The notes beneath the pieces were generated by a model. That model saw nothing but the letters and a program-made list of their open reading frames with translations. It did not search any database and had not been told where the DNA came from. A program made the position numbers and the translations under genes. A stretch of 63,334 nt of DNA, counting the filler, from Candidatus Lindowbacteria bacterium RIFCSPLOWO2_12_FULL_62_27 (GTDB lineage Bacteria; Lindowbacteria; 2-12-FULL-62-27): assembly GCA_001784175.1 (NCBI GenBank). It is 4 parts of 4 records of this genome, joined end to end, with 100 filler letters (N's around TTAATTAATTAA, not from the genome) between each part and the next. Parts side by side here need not be neighbours in the genome. Positions count along the whole stretch, not along the records: positions 1 to 8,714 come from MFPR01000007.1; positions 8,815 to 19,043 come from MFPR01000008.1; 2 more parts are not named here. The stretch is one strand, 5' to 3'. Within the stretch, counting starts at the first letter, position 1. Each line of letters opens with the position of its first letter. Shown one piece after another: positions 8,218 to 16,186 of this stretch.

Positions 8218-8429
8218 ACGGAAGCCAGAGCGCGGGAACCTGCCAGCTCACGCAGAACGCCGCGAATCGACTTTGCGGTCAGGCTCGGATACTCCTTCGT
8301 GATTTTCTCGATTGACATCCCGCAGGCGATCAACTCCAGGAGAAGCGAAATCGAGATGCGCGTGTCCCTGACCCTCGGCTCCCCGCCCAAATGATCCTTG
8401 TCCGACACGATCCATTTGGCTTTTCTCAT
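8214..8429 (-). CDS. DUF433 antitoxin
   Basis: HLGGEPRVRDTRISI...GMSIEKI..EYPSLT. Confidence 0.9.
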   Translation of the reverse strand: MRKAKWIVSDKDHLGGEPRVRDTRISISLLLELIACGMSIEKITKEYPSLTAKSIRGVLRELAGSRALASV

Positions 8430-8555
8430 ATCCCAAGACTACCCCATAGCCTCCCGCCAGTCAAACGACAGCGGCCCGCCACTGAATTCTGAACCGAAAC
8501 CGGAAAGGTTCAATTTTTTTTCAACACATGAAATATCCGGGCTATATGCAATGTT

Positions 8556-8608
8556 ATTCCTTAGAACATGTTTTTGTTGCGGAACAACTTAACAACTTAC
8601 GGTCTGGC
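8556..8608 (+). repeat. 53-bp direct repeat, copy 2
   Basis: See 6417-6469. Confidence 0.9.
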
Positions 8609-8714
8609 GCCGGAAATCCCCGAGGCCGTCCAGCGTTGCCGCTGATCGCTGTTCTTCCAGCTTGCCACGCGGCCAGTGTATTGTCCGATCTGGCTGTTGA
8701 GCGACTCGATGCAG

Positions 8715-8814
8715 NNNNNNNNNNNNNNNNNNNNNNNNNNNNNNNNNNNNNNNNNNNNTTAATTAATTAANNNNNNNNNNNNNNNNNNNNNNNNNNNNNN
8801 NNNNNNNNNNNNNN
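8715..8814. other. Artificial contig linker
   Basis: N run with TTAATTAATTAA (stops in all frames). Confidence 0.97.
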
Positions 8815-9619
8815 TCAGGGCGTCGACGTGTGGCTCAACAATCCCCGCCGGCCCCTCGAGGCCTCCGGAACGAGCGGCATGAAGGCCGCGATCAACATGA
8901 CGATGAACCTGAGCTTCCTCGACGGCTGGTGGGACGAGGCCTACACGCCGGACGCCGGCTGGGCGATCGGCGAGGCGGCCGAAACGGAAGGCGAGGCCGA
9001 ACGGGACAGGATCGAGGCGCAGGCGATTTACAATCTGATCGAACGGGAAATCGCGCCGAAATTTTATGACCGCGACGACATGGGACTGCCCCGCAAATGG
9101 ATCGCCATGATGAAGTCGGCCCTGAAGAAACTCGCGCCCGTGTTCAATACCCACCGCATGGTGGCGGAATACACGGAACGCATGTACCTCCCGGCCCACC
9201 GCGCCGGGGCGCGGCTCTCCGCCAGGGGCGCGGCGCCGGCCAGGTCGCTGGCGGCCTGGCGCGGCCGGATCGCGCGAGACTGGCACGCCGTGCGGATTTG
9301 CGTGGAGGCGATGGGCGCGGACAAGGAGGTCAAGGCCGGCGACCGCGTTCCCGTCTCGGCGCGGGTTCACCTCGGGGATCTGAAGCCATCCGACGTTTCA
9401 GTCGAGCTGTACCACGGAGAACTCGACGGCGCGGCGGGGACCCTGACCGGGGCGGCCGTCGAGATGACCACCGACCACGCGCACGGCCCGGAATTCGTCT
9501 ACCGCGCCGGCATGGTCTGCCCGCGCAGCGGCCAGCACGGCTGGACCGTCCGCGTCCTCCCGCGCCACCCCGATCTCGTCCACCCGCACACCCCGCCCTT
9601 TCTGACCTGGGCCGACTGA
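8815..9619 (+). CDS. glgP: Alpha-glucan phosphorylase, C-terminal part (5' truncated)
   Basis: DVWLNNPRRPLEASGTSGMKAA PLP-lysine motif; LSFLDGWWDE; FNTHRMVAEY. Confidence 0.92.
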
Positions 9620-9635
9620 CCCGGGCCCCTCTTTC

Positions 9636-10283
9636 TCAAGCGCAGTCCGAGTAGGCCGCCTCAAGGTCCAGGACGAACTGGCGGACGTGCTTCTCAAAAA
9701 ACCGCTTGACCGTCTCCCACTTCACGCCCTCGCCGATGTAGACCGGGTCGGGCGAATCTTCGGCCTCGGCAAAAAAAACCAACGCCTTGCCGATGGTCAG
9801 AGTTGAAATCGCCGTTCCGTATCTGGTCGTCAAGGCCGCGGCCGCCTTCTGAAAGGGCATGTCTTGCAGGATGTAATACAGATCCACAAAATCACGCTTG
9901 ACCCCCCTTTGCGTGATGGCGGCGATTTTCATGGAGACGATGTCCAGGGCGCTCGCCACTTTCACACCCTCAAAAGAATCTGTCTCCAGGAAGGGATATG
10001 GATATTGAAACAGAGAAAACTTGGATTCCGGGAAGATGGCGATGAACGTTCTCCTGTCCGCCTGACGAACGTCCGGCGACAGCCCCATGCGCCTGAATTT
10101 GGCCGTGAGGCCGTGTGAGTCGAACGCCTTCGGCGTAAAGAAGTCGAAATCGGTCGATATCCGATGCGACAACCGCAGAGCCAGCCCCGTCCCACCCGCG
10201 AGGACGGCGCCGTAGGAGTTCATCGCCGGGGCGATCTTGCGCAGGAGCGCCCGGGCATCCTTAGTCAAACAGCGGGCATTCAA
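9636..10283 (-). CDS. AbiEii/AbiGii-like nucleotidyltransferase
   Basis: LAGGTGLAL..SHRISTDFDFF; MKIAAITQRG.KRDFVDLY; probable TTG start. Confidence 0.85.
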   Translation of the reverse strand: MNARCLTKDARALLRKIAPAMNSYGAVLAGGTGLALRLSHRISTDFDFFTPKAFDSHGLTAKFRRMGLSPDVRQADRRTFIAIFPESKFSLFQYPYPFLETDSFEGVKVASALDIVSMKIAAITQRGVKRDFVDLYYILQDMPFQKAAAALTTRYGTAISTLTIGKALVFFAEAEDSPDPVYIGEGVKWETVKRFFEKHVRQFVLDLEAAYSDCA

Positions 10284-10647
10284 ACCAACGCCTCCAGAAA
10301 TTTCTTGACACCTCCGATATTTGCCTGCTGGTTTCGTTGACTTCTTGAATGACACGGGTCGGATAAACCATCTGGAGCCACTGAACGTCGGTCAGTCTTC
10401 CAATATCCAGGATGCGCGCGATGACGTATTTTTTGTGCCGCCTTAGATCAATGTTGTCCAAAGACGTATCCCAAAACAGCCGACGGAGTTGGCCCGGCAC
10501 GGTTTTGACGGCGCGCAGCCGGCGGATTTTCTCCGACACGCCCGGATCGTCCGCGCGTCCCAGATAACGATGCCGCACCCGCCCGCCCTCGCGGTCGACC
10601 CGGTACGCGTATGCCCGCCGGCCCACCTTGCGAATGAGTATGCTCAT
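10261..10647 (-). CDS. DUF6922-like partner of AbiEii
   Basis: LFWDTSLDNIDLRRHKKYVIARILDIG...NFW. Confidence 0.7.
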   Translation of the reverse strand: MSILIRKVGRRAYAYRVDREGGRVRHRYLGRADDPGVSEKIRRLRAVKTVPGQLRRLFWDTSLDNIDLRRHKKYVIARILDIGRLTDVQWLQMVYPTRVIQEVNETSRQISEVSRNFWRRWFECPLFD

Positions 10648-10696
10648 CTGGGGGTATTATACACTACAATGTTGTGTAAATCAACGCCGCCGCCTG

Positions 10697-11185
10697 CTAC
10701 TTTTTCAGGCCCCGGCCGAGAACGTCCTGGAGGAACTCGAGGAGGTCCGCCGACGTCACGATCCCGATGAGACGCGAGGTTTCGGGATCCACGATCGGAA
10801 CGCTGTTGAACCGTTTGGCGCGCAACAGGCCCGCGCATTCGCGGATGCCGCTGTCCGGCGGAAGGGTGAAAACCTCCTTCGTCATGAAGGACTGCACCCG
10901 CAGGTTCGCGGTCTGCCGGTCCCGGGCCGTCTCGATCTTGGAGCCCACAAACGCGCTGATCACCCGCTGAAGATCCCCCTTCGCCACCATCCCCACCAGC
11001 CGGTCGGGACCACCGGGCCGCTTCTCGGTCACCGGCAAATGGTGGAACCCGCGCCGCTCCATGATCCGCATCGCCTCTCCGGCGGTTGTCCCCGGCGTGA
11101 TCGTCACCGGATCGGGCGTCATGATCCGATGGAGGGAATAATTCGAATACTTCTTCCTGTCCGGTTCCACGGCGCCACGGTACAT
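10697..11185 (-). CDS. CBS-domain pair protein (AcuB-like)
   Basis: IMTPDPVTI, HHLPV, LVGMV, FMTKEVFT, LIGIVT; start uncertain. Confidence 0.85.
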   Translation of the reverse strand: MYRGAVEPDRKKYSNYSLHRIMTPDPVTITPGTTAGEAMRIMERRGFHHLPVTEKRPGGPDRLVGMVAKGDLQRVISAFVGSKIETARDRQTANLRVQSFMTKEVFTLPPDSGIRECAGLLRAKRFNSVPIVDPETSRLIGIVTSADLLEFLQDVLGRGLKK

Positions 11186-11247
11186 GCCTTCGCAGAAAAA
11201 AACACGGCCTCCGCTTGACAAAGGCCGCCCCGTAAGTTTTATATGTC

Positions 11248-11277
11248 AAACTTAACTTGGCTAGTACAAGTTAGTTT
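11248..11277. promoter_or_regulatory. Inverted-repeat operator upstream of the porin gene
   Basis: AAACTTAACTTG-N7-CAAGTTAGTTT; TTGACA at 11215-11220. Confidence 0.5.
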
Positions 11278-11307
11278 ATCTTACAACGTAAAGAGGGAGG
11301 TATTGAA

Positions 11308-12594
11308 ATGAAGTACGCAGCATCTAATTTTTGGCGGGCCGGGGCGGTCCTCCTGCTCCTCGGCGGGGTGGCCGGCGCGGTCCGGGCGGCGGGCACGGAC
11401 GAGCTCGAGCGGCGAATCGACGTGCTGAGCCGCGAGATCGAGGAGCTCAAGACGATGGGACGCGGCGCGAGCGGGACCGAGTACGGCGCTGTTCAGAAAA
11501 CCCGCGTGGGGGGATACATGGAACTCCACTACCTCTCCACGCAAAAGGGCGACGGGGAGAATTTCGATTTTCACCGCTACGTCCTCTACGTGGGACACCG
11601 GTTCAGCGACTGGATCCAGTTTCATTCGGAATTGGAGTTCGAGCACGGGTTCATCAACGACCGGCAGGGCGAGTTCGAGCTCGAACAGGCCTATATCGAC
11701 TTCAAGCCGAAGGAGGACTTCGGGATCCGCGCCGGGGTGATCGTCGCGCCGATGGGCGTCATCAACCAGTTCCACGAGCCGCCCACGTTTCACGGCGTGG
11801 AGCGGCCGGACGTAGACAACAAGATCATTCCGTCGACGTGGTTTGCGGCGGGCGCCGGCGTCTACGGGAGCCTCACGCCGAATCTCAAGTATCAGATCTA
11901 CGGCATCAACGCCCTCCAGTTCGTCAGCGGCGGCCGGGACGGCACCAAGGCCACCGGGCTGGGCGCGCAACTCGGCACCGACGGCATCCGCAACCTCCGG
12001 CAGAAGCAATTCGGCGGCGAGCAAAACGGGGATGTGCTCGACATCGGCATCGCCGCGCGGCTTGACTACGCCGTCGAACGCTATCCGCTGAATCTCGGCT
12101 TCTCTTATTATGGAGGCGCGGCCGACGACAAAGTCCTGGACACCGCCGGCAATCCTGAACTCACCGGCTTGGTCTTCGACGCGCGCTACAGGCAGGACCG
12201 GCTGGATTTCGCCGGCGAGTGGGCGCAATTCGATGTCGACGACGCCGACAAACTCAAGTCGGCCTACGGCGCCGACCAGGCCGCCCGGCTCGAGGGATGG
12301 TACGCCCAGGGCGCCTACTGGCTCCTGCAGCCGGGCGATCGAAACGGCCTTCTGGCCGACGCGGGACTGGCCGGGTTTGTCCGATACGAAAAGTTCGACA
12401 CCGCCAAGAAAATGCCGGCGAATGCGACGGACCGCGCGCAGAACAACCGCGACCGCACGCAGTGGGTGTACGGCATCACCTTCAAGCCGGTGGCCAATCT
12501 CGCGGTCAAACTCGACTACACGAGCTTCAACGACGCCGACGGGACAACCTTCGACAGCGACAAACTCAACGCCGGCATCGGCTGGCAGTTCTGA
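11308..12594 (+). CDS. Outer-membrane porin (OprO/P-like)
   Basis: Signal peptide, short coiled coil, DFHRYVLYVGHRFSD..SELEFEH, HEPPTF.GVERP, C-terminal F. Confidence 0.75.
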   Translation: MKYAASNFWRAGAVLLLLGGVAGAVRAAGTDELERRIDVLSREIEELKTMGRGASGTEYGAVQKTRVGGYMELHYLSTQKGDGENFDFHRYVLYVGHRFSDWIQFHSELEFEHGFINDRQGEFELEQAYIDFKPKEDFGIRAGVIVAPMGVINQFHEPPTFHGVERPDVDNKIIPSTWFAAGAGVYGSLTPNLKYQIYGINALQFVSGGRDGTKATGLGAQLGTDGIRNLRQKQFGGEQNGDVLDIGIAARLDYAVERYPLNLGFSYYGGAADDKVLDTAGNPELTGLVFDARYRQDRLDFAGEWAQFDVDDADKLKSAYGADQAARLEGWYAQGAYWLLQPGDRNGLLADAGLAGFVRYEKFDTAKKMPANATDRAQNNRDRTQWVYGITFKPVANLAVKLDYTSFNDADGTTFDSDKLNAGIGWQF

Positions 12595-12642
12595 TCGTTT
12601 CGCGCTTGTTGCCCCAATGCGGGGCAGAGTTGACAATCAGGG

Positions 12643-12720
12643 GGGAAGGGGTCAAGCATGAAGTTATTGAAGTTATTATCCATCCATAACTTCAAAAACT
12701 TAATGCCTGACCCCCGTTTC
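12643..12720 (+). mobile_element. Palindromic MITE/REP-like element (GGGGTC...GACCCC), copy 1
   Basis: GGGGTCAAGCAT...TGAAGTTAT-N9-ATAACTTCA...ATGCCTGACCCC; near-identical to 13218-13299. Confidence 0.75.
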
Positions 12721-13076
12721 CGATAAACTTTCGCCCCCGGATCCTTTTTGGACCGGATGTCGTGCGATCCGTGGCAGTCGGAGCACCGCGCCGCCTCCGT
12801 GTCGCCGCGCTCCCATGCTTTTCCGTGGATGCTCGCCGCATAGACGTCCTGCACGTCCGAATGGCACGCGGAACAGTCGACGGCCGGGGGAAGGCCGGGC
12901 GATGAGGCGTTTGCCTCGCCCGAATGGCAGTCGGCGCAGTCGAGGGAGGCGTGAACACTCGGTTTCAGAAGGTCGAGGACGCCCTCCCGATTTTGGTCCG
13001 CCCAGTCTGCCGCGGCCGCCGATGTCATCAGCCCCCAAACGCCGGCGACAAGAGCGATTCCGATTCGATCCTTAAT
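12721..13076 (-). pseudogene. 5' fragment of a secreted multiheme cytochrome c
   Basis: Signal peptide, then CADCH, CSACH and CSDCH; cut off at the repeat; starts with ATT. Confidence 0.75.
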
Positions 13077-13077
13077 C

Positions 13078-13217
13078 TTATAACTCTGCGCCGCCTTTGT
13101 GGCATTCATGGCAGTTGGTCTCCTTCCACATGTCCCCCACATCTCCGGGATGGTCATACTCCTCGGCCGACGTGTACCGCTGGGCGAGCGTGCCTTTTTG
13201 GTCGACCAGCTTCGTCA
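13078..13217 (-). pseudogene. 3' fragment of an ImcH-like cytochrome paralog
   Basis: AQRYTSAEEYDHPGDVGDMWKETNCHECHKGGAEL*, nearly identical in protein to the end of 16187-17728. Confidence 0.85.
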
Positions 13218-13299
13218 GGGAAGGGGTCTAGCATGAAGTTATTGAAGTTATTATCCATCCATAACTTCAAAAAACTTATCTATGCCTGACCCCCGTTTC
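13218..13299 (+). mobile_element. Palindromic MITE/REP-like element, copy 2
   Basis: Direct repeat of 12643-12720. Confidence 0.75.
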
Positions 13300-13354
13300 G
13301 AGGAGAACGATTCTGACAAGCATGGAGATCACCCGCCTCCAAGCATCCCTGTAT

Positions 13355-13385
13355 AAAATGGGGGCCGCGCGGGCGGCCCCCTCAT
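13355..13385 (-). terminator. Probable intrinsic terminator
   Basis: GGGGGCCGC/GCGGCCCCC stem followed by a T run on the minus strand. Confidence 0.55.
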
Positions 13386-13500
13386 TCCTCTTTCCGGCCT
13401 CTGAATCGGCTCTCGGACCTTACCGGCAAAGGGGGTTCAGCGAGATCGACGGGCCGTGATCGTGGAATTCCATATAAGAAACCGAATTCAAACGTTTCCG

Positions 13501-14604
13501 TCACTCGAATCGCGCGCGCCTCGCCTCCTTTGACAGGCGCCCGGTTGCCGGCATCAATCGGTAGAGCGCCGTCCGGCGCTTGCCAGCGTCCACGACCGCA
13601 ACCACCACCCGCCCGGCGACCAGTGCCATCGCGGGGATGGATCCCTCCACCGTCGGCGTGCCGCCGATGACTTTCAATATCTCTTGACCGCCCTCCCGGG
13701 CCGCCGCCAGAACGGCAATCCGGCTTCGGTGTTCGCCGGCTTTGAAAAACCCGCCGCCCTCCAGGTCGGGGTCGTTCACGGCGATCACGATCTCGTCGCC
13801 TTTCATTCCGTCCACGTCCGTTACCAGCGGCGGCACGCGCCAGCTCCCGGTAGCCTTGGCAACGCCTTCCGGAAGATCCAGCGGGGGCCGGCCCACGGCC
13901 AGATCAAGACGGAACGCCGGCTGCATCTTCGACCAGAGGACAACCGCCTCGTCGGACTCGATTCGAACCAGCTCCTCATCCTCGACTTCGCCGAGGCGCG
14001 CAAACTCGAAGAGGCCCGTGCCGTCCGGCAGCGCCAGTTTGCCGATGGATCGCGGAAGCGCGCCCGGCACGCCCATCTCGACCACCACGGGCCGCGGGCC
14101 ATCGCCGGCCGCTTTTTGCGAAAACAGCACCGGACCGTCCCGCCGGTAGAACCGGCCCGCCGTCTGACTCTCCATGCGGGTCTTGCCCTTCACCGAGACA
14201 TAAAATGTCGACTGGACCCGCCCGTCGGGATGGACGGACGAAACGAAGAAACGGACCGCGTCTTTCGCGCCCAACCGTTCCTTGTCCGGCGCCTCGATAA
14301 AACCGCCCGACACCGCCCGTCCGGCCGGCATGACCACGTCGATCGTCTTCCAAATCCGCCGGCTTGGCTGCAGAAGAAAAACGGATTTGCCGGCCACCGC
14401 CAGACACAGAGGCTTGCGGTCCGGGCCGGCCACATCAAACGCGACCACTTCGGCCTCGATCGGCGCCTGCCACGGTTCCAATATATACGGCGCCGCTTCG
14501 TCGAGATCGGCCCCGGCCCGCGCGGGCGCGAGGGGCAGGACGGCGCCGAACGCGAGTATGAGGGCGGCTGTGATGAGACTCCGTGCGCTCATGACGATTG
14601 GCAT
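13501..14604 (-). CDS. Secreted hypothetical protein (FG-GAP/VCBS-like motif)
   Basis: Signal peptide; PPLVTDVDG..GDEIVI. Confidence 0.6.
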   Translation of the reverse strand: MPIVMSARSLITAALILAFGAVLPLAPARAGADLDEAAPYILEPWQAPIEAEVVAFDVAGPDRKPLCLAVAGKSVFLLQPSRRIWKTIDVVMPAGRAVSGGFIEAPDKERLGAKDAVRFFVSSVHPDGRVQSTFYVSVKGKTRMESQTAGRFYRRDGPVLFSQKAAGDGPRPVVVEMGVPGALPRSIGKLALPDGTGLFEFARLGEVEDEELVRIESDEAVVLWSKMQPAFRLDLAVGRPPLDLPEGVAKATGSWRVPPLVTDVDGMKGDEIVIAVNDPDLEGGGFFKAGEHRSRIAVLAAAREGGQEILKVIGGTPTVEGSIPAMALVAGRVVVAVVDAGKRRTALYRLMPATGRLSKEARRARFE

Positions 14605-14628
14605 CCTCTCTTCATTCGTAAACGGCGC

Positions 14629-14657
14629 CCCCCGCTCTCCTCCATGGAGAGCGGGGG
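14629..14657 (-). terminator. Hairpin after the CxxCH porin gene
   Basis: CCCCCGCTCTCC-N5-GGAGAGCGGGGG, a 12-bp stem. Confidence 0.5.
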
Positions 14658-14696
14658 ACAGGGAGTATAAATTGAGACGCTCAAATCATCAAATGC

Positions 14697-15950
14697 TCAC
14701 CACAGGTACTGCAGTTCCACCACGGTGGCGTTCTGGTCCACCACCGTCGACGACGTCTGGTCCCTCTTGCCGGTCCACTCGATGACCACATGGCCGTACT
14801 CGAACGGCTCGATCTGAAGTCCCGCGACGTTCTGCCGGACGATGTCCGACGCCCGGTTGTCCTTGTTGTAGTCGATGAACTCGTGCCGAACGTACGCGGA
14901 CAACGGCCAGGACATCTTGGCGTACTTCTCAAGATCGTAGGCCTCAATCTGCCCATAATACAACTTGAGCTTGGGTTTCGTGCCGCCGTCCAAAAACCGC
15001 CGTTCGCCCCAGGCCCAAAATCCTGTCAGCTTGTAGTTGTCCAGGATGTAGTTGCCCATCACGGCGTGCCGCTTGAACTTGCTTGGAACCGCCCCCGCGG
15101 TGCCCGCCCATGAAGGCTTGGACACATTCCCGTCGTAGAAGTAGTACCCGACCATCGAACCGTTGTCGTCGTAGGTGTAATCGGCGGTGGCGTACCAGTC
15201 CCGATGGTTGTCCGTGTCGGTCGAGTTAAACACGCTGGCCTTGCCTTTGCCGCCGTTGACCAGCCCCGCGGCGAAAAAGACGTCGTCATGCTTGCGGGAA
15301 TATTCGATGCCGTAGTCCCGGCTGAAAAAGGCGTAACCGGCCTGGCGGTTGGCCGTGGCCGTGTCCTCGGTTGTGAGGACCAGCGGTCGCGCGTAACTCA
15401 GGCGGGAGCCGCCGCCGAACCGGTGGATCAGCGACGGCATGATCTGCCCGACCCGGACCGAATTGTACTGCGGCCCGTCGGAGGACGTCCACTGGAGAAA
15501 GCCCTCGGCCAGTTTCGTCCGACCGCCGTCGTCGCTTTCCGGCTGCGTATTGGTCGCAGGCTTGCCTGCGTTCTCATGCAGGTAGATTTCCGTGAAATAC
15601 GAGAATTGCTCCGTCAGCGCGCCGCCGGTGTAGATGGCGAAGGCGTGATGCTCGAAGGTAGACCGTGGATCGCTTGTCTCAGAGTACTTGACACGGAATT
15701 TCGTGCTGAAACTCAAATGCTCATTCACGTTCGGCCCGGCCTTCTCCTGCTCATACCGGTGGCCTCGCCGCAGGAATTCCTGACCGTCCTTGTTCAAATC
15801 CCACTGCCCCCGGTGACACGCGCTGCAGGACACGCTGTACTTGCGCCCCCACGCCGCAATCGCGTCCGCCGGCTGGGCTTGAGCCAGGATAAACCCCACG
15901 AGAAGCGTCAGGCTTAAGACGCCGTAGAAAAATTTTGACTTCATCTTCAA
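14697..15950 (-). CDS. Outer-membrane beta-barrel with an N-terminal CxxCH (ExtI-like porin)
   Basis: Signal peptide; AWGRKYSVSCSACH; amphipathic strands; C-terminal W. Confidence 0.7.
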   Translation of the reverse strand: MKMKSKFFYGVLSLTLLVGFILAQAQPADAIAAWGRKYSVSCSACHRGQWDLNKDGQEFLRRGHRYEQEKAGPNVNEHLSFSTKFRVKYSETSDPRSTFEHHAFAIYTGGALTEQFSYFTEIYLHENAGKPATNTQPESDDGGRTKLAEGFLQWTSSDGPQYNSVRVGQIMPSLIHRFGGGSRLSYARPLVLTTEDTATANRQAGYAFFSRDYGIEYSRKHDDVFFAAGLVNGGKGKASVFNSTDTDNHRDWYATADYTYDDNGSMVGYYFYDGNVSKPSWAGTAGAVPSKFKRHAVMGNYILDNYKLTGFWAWGERRFLDGGTKPKLKLYYGQIEAYDLEKYAKMSWPLSAYVRHEFIDYNKDNRASDIVRQNVAGLQIEPFEYGHVVIEWTGKRDQTSSTVVDQNATVVELQYLW

Positions 15951-16186
15951 AACCCCCTTTGCTGTTGAGTTCGTAGTTCACTTCGTAGTTCAACCGTTTG
16001 TAAAACGGATTAGATCATATATGCAAATGACATTCCAGAGAGAATTACTGGTAGAAAAACTGGTTAACCGATTGTAAATACTAGTGTAGTTAAGATGCCC
16101 GATTAAGGCCGGTTTCGGTCTGTTTTGTAGCCGATACTTACATTTGTCGTATATCATTACAGCAACAGGACACTGGCGGGCGCTTG

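Noticed and set aside
8715-8814. TTAATTAATTAA as a biological repeat, and ORFs ending in LIN
   Set aside because: It is an artificial linker, also found at 19044 and 50256.
12660-12695. loxP-like site (GAAGTTAT/ATAACTTC)
   Set aside because: Only 8 bp match, the arms are in the opposite arrangement to loxP, and no Cre-like gene is present.
626-13299. CRISPR array
   Set aside because: The repeats occur as 2-4 copies separated by 0.5-4.5 kb, with no regular spacers and no cas genes.
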